Shown here: positions 19,398 through 28,904 of the stretch, in pieces
How positions within the stretch are numbered: the first letter of the stretch is position 1
How the letters are laid out: each line of letters opens with the position of its first letter
Source of the DNA: Spirochaetia bacterium
Lineage (GTDB): Bacteria; Spirochaetota; Spirochaetia; WTKD01; G963693115
Reading direction: 5' to 3'
Assembly: GCA_965226055.1 (NCBI GenBank)
Contig: CBDDCA010000006.1
Span: 384,001 to 448,000, forward strand
Length of the DNA stretch: 64,000 nucleotides
Made by a program: the position numbers and the translations under genes
Notes under the pieces: model-generated
What the model saw: the letters and a program-made list of their open reading frames with translations, nothing else
Told to the model about the DNA's origin: nothing
Database searches by the model: none

Positions 19398-21626
19398 TTA
19401 TTTTCTCACTGTACTGACATATGCTATTATATCTTTTGGATCTACATCATAGTAAAGTATGCCATATATCATAGCAGAACTTAGCACTTTTCGTACATAA
19501 CGCCTCGTTTCTCTAAATGGCACTCTTGCAGAAAACAAAAACAAATTACTGGTATCAAATGCCTTTTCCCATTTCCATACATTCCCAATTCCTCCATTGT
19601 ATGCAAGTATAGCTTTCATAGGATTTTTCAACACTCGTATTAAGTACATAAAATACTCATACCCTAAAGTGAGATTATCTTGGGGATTCACCAAAGAAAA
19701 TGAGCCATAATCAATACGCGTTGCAATATCTTCTGCAGTAGCAAACAGTAGTTGTGTCAACCCTACTGCGTTCGCTGACGATCGTATAGTAGGAGAATAA
19801 CTGCTTTCTTCACGCATAAGACCAAACAATAATGAACGTTCAACAGTATTTTCAGTGAGAGAATGTATGATATCTTTATACGCTTGGGGATATATAAGGC
19901 GTACATCCTCTACATGAGAAAAAACATGAGGGGTAAAATAAGCAGCTTTATTTGCTAATACATACGCTTTATAGTACTCATTATTACGTTCCATAACGGC
20001 ATAGACTTGCTTTATCTTTTCAAATGATACAAGGCTGATATTAGCCAACATCACAGAATGAGCATAATCAAACAAACCAAATTTGATATATCCTTCCACT
20101 AAGAGATCAATAGTCTGTGTATCAGAAGGTTGCAAAGCATCTTCATGTTCTTCTTCTGAATTAGCAAACCAAGTTTCAAAAAATACATCTGCATCAATAT
20201 CCTCACTTTCTGGTGTAAGAAAAAAATCATAGGTAAAAATATTCTTATAGATATCACTATCAGGCACCGATACCGTAGGCACATCTTTCTCTGCAATGCG
20301 TAACATACTACGCCAATGTGATAGCTCTAACTGTATGGCAGGCTCCCGAAATACATTGCTCAATCTTTTTAGATCCCTTTCTAACTGATCATATTTATGT
20401 TGACGAAGCATCTCATATAAATATTCCTCTAATGTTGCTGCAAATAATTCAGGACGCAATGTTAAAGAAGAAAACTGCAAGTACCTATCAACAAAACGAT
20501 GAGGTTCTCTCTTAATTGTGATATATAAAAAAGTGCGAAAAGAAAGAACATACAGAGTTACATTATTATGCACTATGGTATCAGCATGTTCAGGAAGAGA
20601 CGAAAAAAGTCTTTCATAATATCTTGCACTTGTATCATACTCACCCTGTAAGTACCGCACATACGCAAGATACGCAAGCACATACATTGTATACTGTTCT
20701 GTTATATCAGTATTGTTCAATGCACGCAGTAAATACCTATGCAGCTGCTGCAGCCCTTGCTTTGATTTTCGTGCAAGAGAAAGAACTTCGGACAAAGTCT
20801 TTTGATGTAACAGGTATGTTATTGGTAAACTAAAATATGCTTCTAACGCAGCATTTGTATCATCCAACAACAAGACCTTTGCTTTAATAAGCTGGTATAC
20901 CTCATCAGGTATGCTTATAGTATCTGGTACTCTCTCCAAGAAAAATGGAATAGAATGCATCAATGAATATGCACTGCTTTCAAGCAATAATGTTTCTATA
21001 CTCGTAATTGAATCTTGCTTGTTATTAAAACTATCAAGAAGGTACTTCCAAAACTGCAGAGCAAAGCGTGCTTCTAACACAGTCACTCTGTTTCTCGGAG
21101 TACGCTTCCATGTTGCTCCCTGTGCTTTTTGTACTAACTGTGCTAACACATCATATTCACGCAAAGACCACATACTCATGGCATAGTAATAAAATAACTC
21201 AGAATCTGATGCAAAAAAATCTAAAGAATTAAGGCTTTCATAAAAATCAAATAAAGGACCGTACTCAAAAGTACTGCTATATATTGACCCTACAAGACGT
21301 GCAGATTCCTTGTTCCATGGATCAGCAGAAGTCCGTGCCGAACGCTTAAACGCAATAACCGCTTTTTGTCTATCATCCTGAAAATACCACAATAAGCCCG
21401 CATAATACAATGTGCCATATTGAGAATCATTTGCTGTTCTCAAATTTTTTTCTGAAATAGAATGTAATATTCCTACATTCCCTGACTGAATTATCTCTGA
21501 ATTACTTTCAATCTCTTTAGCAATGTCACCATACCCAGCACAAGAAGTATAAATAATCAGTAACACCGTAATGAAGATACTGTGCAACAACAGAGTCCGA
21601 TGCTTGATAAATACGAAAAAAGACAT
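19398..21626 (-). CDS. Soluble lytic transglycosylase (Slt-like lipoprotein)
   Basis: C-terminal SLT domain 'MREES', 'AVGLTQL', 'AYNGG', 'PFRETRRYV'; lipobox-like 'YTSC'. Confidence 0.85.
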   Translation of the reverse strand: MSFFVFIKHRTLLLHSIFITVLLIIYTSCAGYGDIAKEIESNSEIIQSGNVGILHSISEKNLRTANDSQYGTLYYAGLLWYFQDDRQKAVIAFKRSARTSADPWNKESARLVGSIYSSTFEYGPLFDFYESLNSLDFFASDSELFYYYAMSMWSLREYDVLAQLVQKAQGATWKRTPRNRVTVLEARFALQFWKYLLDSFNNKQDSITSIETLLLESSAYSLMHSIPFFLERVPDTISIPDEVYQLIKAKVLLLDDTNAALEAYFSLPITYLLHQKTLSEVLSLARKSKQGLQQLHRYLLRALNNTDITEQYTMYVLAYLAYVRYLQGEYDTSARYYERLFSSLPEHADTIVHNNVTLYVLSFRTFLYITIKREPHRFVDRYLQFSSLTLRPELFAATLEEYLYEMLRQHKYDQLERDLKRLSNVFREPAIQLELSHWRSMLRIAEKDVPTVSVPDSDIYKNIFTYDFFLTPESEDIDADVFFETWFANSEEEHEDALQPSDTQTIDLLVEGYIKFGLFDYAHSVMLANISLVSFEKIKQVYAVMERNNEYYKAYVLANKAAYFTPHVFSHVEDVRLIYPQAYKDIIHSLTENTVERSLLFGLMREESSYSPTIRSSANAVGLTQLLFATAEDIATRIDYGSFSLVNPQDNLTLGYEYFMYLIRVLKNPMKAILAYNGGIGNVWKWEKAFDTSNLFLFSARVPFRETRRYVRKVLSSAMIYGILYYDVDPKDIIAYVSTVRK

Positions 21627-21647
21627 ATATATACTATAATATATTAT
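21627..21647. promoter_or_regulatory. Bidirectional overlapping -10 boxes serving two apparently leaderless genes
   Basis: TATAAT (+, 21635-21640) 7 nt before ATG 21648; TATAGT (-, 21633-21638) 6 nt before ATG 21626. Confidence 0.6.
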
Positions 21648-22970
21648 ATGAAAATAGGTATTGTAGGCACTGGATATGTAGGACTGATTAGCTCGGTATG
21701 TTTCTCAGACATAGGGCATACTGTTATCTCATATGACATAAACGAAACAACCATTACTACCCTACAACAAGGAAATGTCCCCATCTACGAAAAAGATATT
21801 GAACAGAAACTAAAACATAATTTACAAAGAAAAACAATAACATTTACCACTGACATTACAGAACTCAGTGACTGTGAAATAGTACTCGTAGCAGTAGGAA
21901 CTCCCTCGCTTCCTAATGGAGATGCAGATCTATCACAAGTATCTGCTGCCATACAAGATATTGTATCTGTCATATCCCCTACCACATTGCTCGCCTTACG
22001 TTCCACTGTTCCCATCGGAACAACAAGCTCCATTCGAAAGACATTAACAGAACAAGGAAAACAAGATCAATTACTCGGCTTTTGTCCAGAATTTTTACGC
22101 GAAGGAAGAGGTATTGATGATTTTTTACATCCTAATCTCCTTGTGTTTGCAAGTGATAATGACAAAGGCTTAGAGTTACTCCAAAAAATGTACCAACCTA
22201 TCATAGAAGAGCAATCTACTTCAATCAAACTCATACATACCCATAGCTTTGAAACTGCTGAACTCATAAAGTATAGCATCAATTCTTTTCTTGCAACAAA
22301 AATAACATTTATAAATCAAATAGCCCAGTTTGCCTTAAAAACACATGCTGATACAGACAAAATTATAGAAGCAATGGCTTCCGACAACAGAATCAACAAA
22401 GAATTTCTCACTCCTGGACCGGGATTTGGAGGCAGTTGTTTTCCAAAAGATACCATAGCATTCTTTCAACGAGGACTTGACTATCATGTCAATCTCAGTC
22501 TCATACAAGAAGTAAACATAGCAAACCGAAAACACAAAAATTTCATTGCAACATGGATAATGAACACGCTTACTACACATTATCGTACACAAAAACAACA
22601 ACATCGTATAGGAGTATGGGGGCTTACCTTTAAGGCAAATACAGATGATGTACGAGAATCAGCATCATTAAACATTATTCAATATTTACTAGAAGAAAAC
22701 TTTATTATACATGCACATGATCCTAAAGGAATACCTAACTTTCAGCATTTTCTTACTCACAACAATCTCTCTTATACCACAGACGCTTTATCTATGATAC
22801 CCAATGTTGATGTGCTTATTATTCTTACAGAGTGGGAAGAATACAGACAACATGCCTCGCACAATATAGCCAAACATTTTGCAAATACCATTGTATTTGA
22901 TACGCGTGGTATTTGCTCTGCCTCATTGTTCTCCCAAGCAAATATTCCCTTATATAAGTTTGGGGTGTAG
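21648..22970 (+). CDS. ugd: UDP-glucose 6-dehydrogenase
   Basis: 'GTGYVGL', 'AVGTP', 'PEFLREG', 'GFGGSCFPKD', 'FKANTDDVRES'. Confidence 0.95.
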   Translation: MKIGIVGTGYVGLISSVCFSDIGHTVISYDINETTITTLQQGNVPIYEKDIEQKLKHNLQRKTITFTTDITELSDCEIVLVAVGTPSLPNGDADLSQVSAAIQDIVSVISPTTLLALRSTVPIGTTSSIRKTLTEQGKQDQLLGFCPEFLREGRGIDDFLHPNLLVFASDNDKGLELLQKMYQPIIEEQSTSIKLIHTHSFETAELIKYSINSFLATKITFINQIAQFALKTHADTDKIIEAMASDNRINKEFLTPGPGFGGSCFPKDTIAFFQRGLDYHVNLSLIQEVNIANRKHKNFIATWIMNTLTTHYRTQKQQHRIGVWGLTFKANTDDVRESASLNIIQYLLEENFIIHAHDPKGIPNFQHFLTHNNLSYTTDALSMIPNVDVLIILTEWEEYRQHASHNIAKHFANTIVFDTRGICSASLFSQANIPLYKFGV

Positions 22971-23084
22971 GTTTGGAGTACATATCTATGCAGCTTACAT
23001 ACCTACATTTTTTAGCATCTGCTAAAACCTTTGATATCGCATTTATTGAATTAGCACATTGAATATTGTACCTATAATCTTCTC

Positions 23085-23483
23085 TTAAATAAAATTGAAA
23101 ATAGTTATCAGTGTTGCTAGTGATGTAAATCCTATGCCTATGATAACTAACAATGTGCTATGTTTTTTTTCTATCTTTTCATCTAATGTATTTACAGATG
23201 CCCTTAGCTGTATGGTATCTTTTTGCAAATGTTCAATATCACTCTCCATTTTCCCTATCTTTTCATCTAATGTATTTACAGATGCCTTTAGCTGTGTGGT
23301 ATCTTTTTGCAAATGTTCAATATCACTCTCCACTTTCCCTATCTTTTCATCTAATGTATTTACAGATGCCTTTAGCTGTGTGGTGTCTTTCTGCAAATGT
23401 TCAATATCACTTGCCATTTTCCCTATCTTTTCATACATATAGTAATCAGTGCCTATTATAGAAGTGCTATTTTCTGTTGCCAT
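23085..23483 (-). CDS. Bdr-like coiled-coil repeat protein with C-terminal membrane anchor
   Basis: Three 28-aa repeats (EKIGKxESDIEHLQKDTTQLKASVNTLD) then a hydrophobic tail. Confidence 0.65.
   Translation of the reverse strand: MATENSTSIIGTDYYMYEKIGKMASDIEHLQKDTTQLKASVNTLDEKIGKVESDIEHLQKDTTQLKASVNTLDEKIGKMESDIEHLQKDTIQLRASVNTLDEKIEKKHSTLLVIIGIGFTSLATLITIFNFI
23171..23434. repeat. 84-bp tandem repeat, about 3.1 copies
   Basis: ctatcttttcat recurs at 23171, 23255, 23339 and 23423; units nearly identical. Confidence 0.95.
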
Positions 23484-23585
23484 TTCCTCCATTATAGCAC
23501 ATTTCTCTGCGGAGAGTATGAAAAGGGAATTACATACTATTTGACATTAAATAATTGTGTATTTCTATTGGTGAAATATTGAACA

Positions 23586-24164
23586 TCAAGTGTTATTAGG
23601 ATCATGCTTATCAACTTCAGCAGTATCAATATCTAAGGCAGATAATACTTCTTCTCTTAAATATAATCCTAAAATAGAGTATACATCTTCAGGCAGAAGG
23701 CCTTCATTATATGCTTCTTTATGAAAAATTTCTAACTCATCTTTTTCTATGTATTTCTTTAAATCATTTTTAGCCCATTCTATAGCACTTTGTTGAATTT
23801 CAAAAGCACTTTTTCCTTTACTTTGTTCTATAAAATCTTTAATAAAATTATCTTTAATACGATTAAATATTTCTTCTCCATGAATCTTTTTTGAAATTTC
23901 CTTCCCTTTAGAAGTTAATGACATTGGACTACCAGATCTTATTGTAGAGTTTGGATTTACATATTTATAAATTAAATCTACTTTTGTACTCACAGAAACT
24001 ATTAAATCATGATATTTTTCTATTCGTTCTTTATGAAGAGAAGATTCTTTTACCCATCCCCCAAACTTAAACAAAAACCACCCTACAAGGATGAGTATAC
24101 CTAACAAGACAAATACGCTACTATTAAGATATTGTATAAGTGTACCAAAAATCTTTTCCATCAA
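23586..24164 (-). CDS. Hypothetical protein with N-terminal TM helix
   Basis: 192-aa ORF with AGGAG upstream; Lys/Glu-rich. Confidence 0.7.
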   Translation of the reverse strand: MMEKIFGTLIQYLNSSVFVLLGILILVGWFLFKFGGWVKESSLHKERIEKYHDLIVSVSTKVDLIYKYVNPNSTIRSGSPMSLTSKGKEISKKIHGEEIFNRIKDNFIKDFIEQSKGKSAFEIQQSAIEWAKNDLKKYIEKDELEIFHKEAYNEGLLPEDVYSILGLYLREEVLSALDIDTAEVDKHDPNNT

Positions 24165-24314
24165 AACTACTGGCTCCTAACACTATTATAGTCAATCTAT
24201 AATATTTATGTTAATATAAAAATCATCAGTTGCGGATTCAAGGAGTAAGTGCAAAACAAAAGGATTTTACAAAACAGAACTCACATAATGGCTATATTGC
24301 TATACTACTATTAG

Positions 24315-24446
24315 ATGAGTAACAAGACAAAAAATCAGCGTCTACCCCCCATACGTTTCAAGCAGGACGATGGCTCTGATTTTCCTGACTGGGAAGAGAG
24401 GAAGTTGGGGGATATTTTAGAGTATGAACAACCTACAAAATATATA
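24315..24446 (+). pseudogene. hsdS: 5' remnant of a type I restriction-modification specificity subunit (HsdS)
   Basis: '[34 protein letters not shown]' matches the HsdS conserved region; similarity ends after ~44 codons. Confidence 0.75.
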
Positions 24447-24490
24447 TACTCCCCCTTGCATCCCAGCAGCATTTCCTTTATACTATTTGC

Positions 24491-25024
24491 ATGCAAATAT
24501 CATGTATAAAAGAAGACATAACAACACTAGATGTTGATGCAATAGTAAATGCAGCAAACTCGTCATTATCGGGAGGAGCTGGTGTAGACGGGGCTATTCA
24601 TAAAAACGGAGGTCCTACCATTGCAGAAGAGTGCAGTATAATTCGTGCAAAACAAGGAGGCTGTCCTCCTGGAGAAGCGGTCATTACTACAGCAGGTAAG
24701 CTCAAAGCAAAGCATATCATACACACAGTAGGTCCCATATGGAACAAGGATAAACATGCAGAAAAAACACTCGCACAATGTTACTATAACTCACTTACAC
24801 TCGCTCACAAACATAGCCTTAGCAGTATTGCTTTTCCAAACATTAGTACTGGAGTATACGGGTTTCCGAAAGAACTAGCAGTACAAACAGTAAAAAAAGT
24901 GTTTAATACAATACAAGACGAAATAGCCAAAACAGGAAAATTGCAGTTCCCTACAATACAAAAAGTATTGTTTTGTTGTTTTGATACAGAAAATTATCTG
25001 CTATATACTAACGCATTCTCTTAA
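24491..25024 (+). CDS. Macrodomain O-acetyl-ADP-ribose deacetylase (YmdB-like)
   Basis: 'DIT...[22 protein letters not shown]', 'HTVGP', '[12 protein letters not shown]'. Confidence 0.93.
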   Translation: MQISCIKEDITTLDVDAIVNAANSSLSGGAGVDGAIHKNGGPTIAEECSIIRAKQGGCPPGEAVITTAGKLKAKHIIHTVGPIWNKDKHAEKTLAQCYYNSLTLAHKHSLSSIAFPNISTGVYGFPKELAVQTVKKVFNTIQDEIAKTGKLQFPTIQKVLFCCFDTENYLLYTNAFS

Positions 25025-25076
25025 AACAAGTATATACTCAGAGAAGATACTCTATAAAATGTGTGCTGTATACCAC

Positions 25077-25721
25077 TTACTCTATATGTTCCATAAGATG
25101 TGGATAATACGGAGATTTTAAGAACTCTTTCCATCGAAAATAGAGTATGATAGGGGTAGTAATAAAAAGAATAATGGCATAGCCTGTGCTTATTGCAACA
25201 AAAAACTGTGGCACTATACATACAACAAGACTATACACAATAGTTTCTGCCCCCTCTACTATATTAGTAGCATAGTATAAAGCCTTGTTAGGAAAAGCAT
25301 AGCTTCTTAAGTGGAGTTTTGCTGCTGCTGCTGCACTTGCCATAAAATTGACTCCAGTAAATGTATATGCAGCTAATACAAAAGCACCAGCCACTGCATT
25401 ATGAGAATCAGCAACAACAAACCCTAATGGAATACTTATATAAAAGATATAATCAACCATTATATCAAGATACCCCGATGCAGGATGACTACTATGTCTC
25501 TCTCGGGCTATTGCTCCGTCCAAACCATCCAAAAACCTACTAAGAAGAATCAGTACAATAGCAAGCCCATACCATTTAGCCCATATACAAAAAAATATGG
25601 ATATATTTACTGGTATATTACTCACTGTCACTGCATTTGCACTAAGCCCCTTATTTGAAACAAACCTTGCTATATTCTGCAGTGGTTTTCTACATAGCTT
25701 ATTTAAGTATACATCAAACAT
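25077..25721 (-). CDS. CDP-alcohol phosphatidyltransferase family protein
   Basis: 'DGLDGAIAR...GYLDIMVD' signature. Confidence 0.88.
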   Translation of the reverse strand: MFDVYLNKLCRKPLQNIARFVSNKGLSANAVTVSNIPVNISIFFCIWAKWYGLAIVLILLSRFLDGLDGAIARERHSSHPASGYLDIMVDYIFYISIPLGFVVADSHNAVAGAFVLAAYTFTGVNFMASAAAAAKLHLRSYAFPNKALYYATNIVEGAETIVYSLVVCIVPQFFVAISTGYAIILFITTPIILYFRWKEFLKSPYYPHLMEHIE

Positions 25722-25733
25722 AACACAACATTT

Positions 25734-26639
25734 TTACCAAAGAATGTTAGGTATCTCTCCTGATTCAATCAATGACAAAATACCGTCTTGAACTTTTTCT
25801 TTATCTTCCTTATAGGTAATACCATACCACTTTGCAGCAGTTTGCATAACATGTATAGTAATTTTGTGTTGCATAGAAAGTTCCCCTAAATATGCAGGAA
25901 TAAGAAATTCAGCTTTTTCTTCGTGCAGATGCTCTTTAAGAAAATCATTAAATCCTTCTTCAAGCAGAGAAAAAATAGTAGGAGTAAAGGACATAAGATT
26001 CATGGACGCAATAGTATCTTGCTGCAGCTCTTTCTTTTCTGTGTCAGTAATACTATATATCTTCTTTCCATCTTCTGCATATTCTATTTTTTTATGCTCT
26101 TCAAGATGTAATAGTATATTATTACTATCCACTTCACACACCCCTCTTGAAACCGAACCATTTCGAGATAACGTATTCCCTAATTTATAACATAAGTTTA
26201 AGTAATGGGTACTATGCACATCACTTGATTGCAAAAAATCATGCGATGCTTGTAATGCTTCATAAGCATAATAATCATCACCATTGATCATAGTAAAATT
26301 ACCAGCAACACACTCTTTGCTTAATACCACTGCATGACCTGTACCCCATGGTTTCTTTCTCCCAGAAGGAACAGAATAGCCCGAAGGCAGTGCATCAAGT
26401 TCTTGGTATACATATTTCACTTGAACATGTGAAGGCAATCTATCCTTAAAAAAATGATGAAATTGCTCCTCAGTCTCCTTTCTGATAATCATGACAATAG
26501 ATGCATATCCAGCTTTTAGTGCATTATAAATAGAATATTCTATCAGAGATTCACCATGAGGACCAACTTTTTCTAACTGCTTTAAGCCACCATATCGACT
26601 GCCTACCCCTGCAGCTAGAATAACAAGACTATTTTCCAT
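25734..26639 (-). CDS. Sugar-phosphate nucleotidyltransferase
   Basis: 'ILAAGVGSRYGGLKQ', 'KPWGTGHA', 'INGDDYY', 'WYGITYKED'. Confidence 0.9.
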   Translation of the reverse strand: MENSLVILAAGVGSRYGGLKQLEKVGPHGESLIEYSIYNALKAGYASIVMIIRKETEEQFHHFFKDRLPSHVQVKYVYQELDALPSGYSVPSGRKKPWGTGHAVVLSKECVAGNFTMINGDDYYAYEALQASHDFLQSSDVHSTHYLNLCYKLGNTLSRNGSVSRGVCEVDSNNILLHLEEHKKIEYAEDGKKIYSITDTEKKELQQDTIASMNLMSFTPTIFSLLEEGFNDFLKEHLHEEKAEFLIPAYLGELSMQHKITIHVMQTAAKWYGITYKEDKEKVQDGILSLIESGEIPNILW

Positions 26640-26673
26640 ACTCCCTCATATCAAAAAAATAAGTTATACGATA

Positions 26674-27369
26674 TTAACGCCAAGAAAGAGTCTCTACCAT
26701 ATAGTATATATTGTATTCATTTCCCTTTCTTTGGGAAACACTATGCTTTTCAATTACAAATACAAGCGATCTGTTATCTAAGCTCGTATAGATTGAACGT
26801 AAGACATATTTCTCTACCAAAGGTCTATAAAAATTTTGATTGCCAACAATAAAAGAATAGCGTCTTCCTTGATACGATATAGTTACATCCACTAGCATCT
26901 TAGCTTCTGGCTGACGCACACTGCTCATACGCGTATGTTGTTGGAGAGAAACTGTGTAGTTTGTATTTGTATTAAAGTCGGTAAAACTCAGCTCTGATGA
27001 GGGTTCTTTTCCATCCAACAATATATATATTAACTTTCCTTTATTCAGCGAATTGATATTATATTGTTTTAGTACAAAACTCGCTTGTAATAATGTAGAA
27101 AATAAAGCACCAATACCATTTTCCTCTAATTGTGTCTTTACATTATACTTATTCTGGAATATTCCGTTATTGACAAAATCATTTTGCCGAACATCCACTA
27201 CATACAGATTTGAAAAAGGCTTTGTATCTTCAGCAAGCCCGTATTCCGCAAATGAAAAGTATTTCATATCATCAGAAAAGCCTACAATTTCAAAATTTGC
27301 CAATTCTCCTGAAAACACATAGTAGTGAATAATAATGAGAAAAGTGAACAAAAATATATTCTTCTTCAT
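26674..27369 (-). CDS. Predicted secreted protein (DUF2259-like)
   Basis: Signal peptide; 'GFSDD.KYFSFAEYG', 'YVVDV..NDFV'. Confidence 0.7.
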   Translation of the reverse strand: MKKNIFLFTFLIIIHYYVFSGELANFEIVGFSDDMKYFSFAEYGLAEDTKPFSNLYVVDVRQNDFVNNGIFQNKYNVKTQLEENGIGALFSTLLQASFVLKQYNINSLNKGKLIYILLDGKEPSSELSFTDFNTNTNYTVSLQQHTRMSSVRQPEAKMLVDVTISYQGRRYSFIVGNQNFYRPLVEKYVLRSIYTSLDNRSLVFVIEKHSVSQRKGNEYNIYYMVETLSWR

Positions 27370-27502
27370 ATTACTTTAATTATTATCGTATATTTTTAAA
27401 ATATAATAAAGGCTTTATCATTACTTTATGTACTACTTTCCCTATTTTGCAAGAAAATAACAGGAAAAATACAAATAAAAAATATAATACAATAGTCGTA
27501 GT

Positions 27503-28267
27503 ATGAACAACACTGTACTGAGAAATATCATCTTTTTCTATGCATCGCTTATTTTTATATCAATGATTTCTTTGATATACACCTTTTTTAATTATGTCAA
27601 TACCTCAGCTCCCTTTATATCTCAAATATTTCTCTTCTTAAAACCCATTCTTAGCTTATTACTTTTTATTTTTGCAATAGTACTTATTTACTTCTTTAGA
27701 AACACCATGCGACCTCAACAGTTTTTCTTTTCTGCATTTCTCTTATCTTCATCAATACTCCCTCTCGTATCTTCAATACTAGAGCATTCACATACATTTA
27801 TTTCTACAGGAACCCTTGTTGTACTAGTGTTCAACTTTTTTTACATTGTCATGCTACTCTTTCTCTTCTGTTCTGCAATAACATATCATTACAGTAACAC
27901 TCCTCTTGCAATGATGCTATTCTTTTTTATTCTTATTATATCAGCTATCTTTGTACGATATGGACTGCTAGTATCCACAACATTAAATGAACAAACATGG
28001 TATTTTTTAGGAGGCATTACACTTTTTACTACTATTGTAATCATACTATATGCAATTATTATCGTATTGTATATATTTGGACTACGAAATTTTGAAATAA
28101 GAAAAACAGCAGCATATATTCAAACTACATTTCTTTTCTCATCTATACTTCTTATCAATATTATTACATTCTCTATAAAATCTCCCTATGTATTACTGGG
28201 AACGACATTATTACTTATTATTTCTCTTTGTAAATACTTACAAGGATATTTTTATCATGTGCTATAA
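27503..28267 (+). CDS. Hypothetical multi-pass membrane protein
   Basis: 254 aa, roughly 7-8 TM segments. Confidence 0.6.
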   Translation: MNNTVLRNIIFFYASLIFISMISLIYTFFNYVNTSAPFISQIFLFLKPILSLLLFIFAIVLIYFFRNTMRPQQFFFSAFLLSSSILPLVSSILEHSHTFISTGTLVVLVFNFFYIVMLLFLFCSAITYHYSNTPLAMMLFFFILIISAIFVRYGLLVSTTLNEQTWYFLGGITLFTTIVIILYAIIIVLYIFGLRNFEIRKTAAYIQTTFLFSSILLINIITFSIKSPYVLLGTTLLLIISLCKYLQGYFYHVL

Positions 28268-28301
28268 AATCTCATCTAAATATGGAAATTATCTTTTACT
28301 G

Positions 28302-28883
28302 CTACATCACAAAGTACGGTACTGCTCCAACAGAAAGGGGTATCATTAAATTATCCACATGTTCAAGCTGAAGACTTTCAATAAGGCCAGATACTATCCC
28401 CACTATAACAGCAAGATGAACAGGCACTGGTAAAAACAGACACCATACTAACACAGCTATAATATTAAAGATAGTCCCTACAAAAGACTTTTTTTTATTC
28501 CAAAATACCTTAGGGCTTGGAAATAATGTCCCCATAATAGCCGCTATACTATCTCCCAAAGTAGTGGCAATAAATGCAATTTTCGCATACAGAGGAGCAT
28601 AAATTTCCAGTACCAGCACAAACCCAAGCATAAGAGTGAGAGGAGCAAACGCTATAGTGGTAACCTCTTTCTCACGTAATACAAAACGAGTAATATTACT
28701 GAGATATGGTATATATATTTTTCTTAACCGAAGTTCTTCTAAAAGATAATAGCAAATTCCTAGTATCACCAAACTTAACTGTAACACACGAATAGGCACT
28801 CTATCAATAAGAAAAACATATACAATAAATAGCATATGTATGGATTTACGTATTAGCTCATTTATTAACGTAAATTTACTCAT
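28302..28883 (-). CDS. Polyprenol/diacylglycerol kinase family (phytol/dolichol kinase-like)
   Basis: 'ELIRKSIH', 'GDSIAAIMG', 'KKSFVGT', 'DNLMIP'. Confidence 0.85.
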   Translation of the reverse strand: MSKFTLINELIRKSIHMLFIVYVFLIDRVPIRVLQLSLVILGICYYLLEELRLRKIYIPYLSNITRFVLREKEVTTIAFAPLTLMLGFVLVLEIYAPLYAKIAFIATTLGDSIAAIMGTLFPSPKVFWNKKKSFVGTIFNIIAVLVWCLFLPVPVHLAVIVGIVSGLIESLQLEHVDNLMIPLSVGAVPYFVM

Positions 28884-28904
28884 AAATTAAGTATAATAAA
28901 AAAA
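28884..28904. promoter_or_regulatory. Bidirectional overlapping -10 boxes serving two apparently leaderless genes
   Basis: TATAAT (+, 28892-28897) 7 nt before ATG 28905; TATACT (-, 28890-28895) 6 nt before ATG 28883. Confidence 0.6.

Noticed and set aside
23171-23434. CRISPR array
   Set aside because: Contiguous in-frame coding repeats with no unique spacers and no cas genes
24190-24218. dif/XerCD-like site (ATAA...TTATGTTAA)
   Set aside because: Only 3 bp separate the arms instead of 6, and the XerC arm is poor
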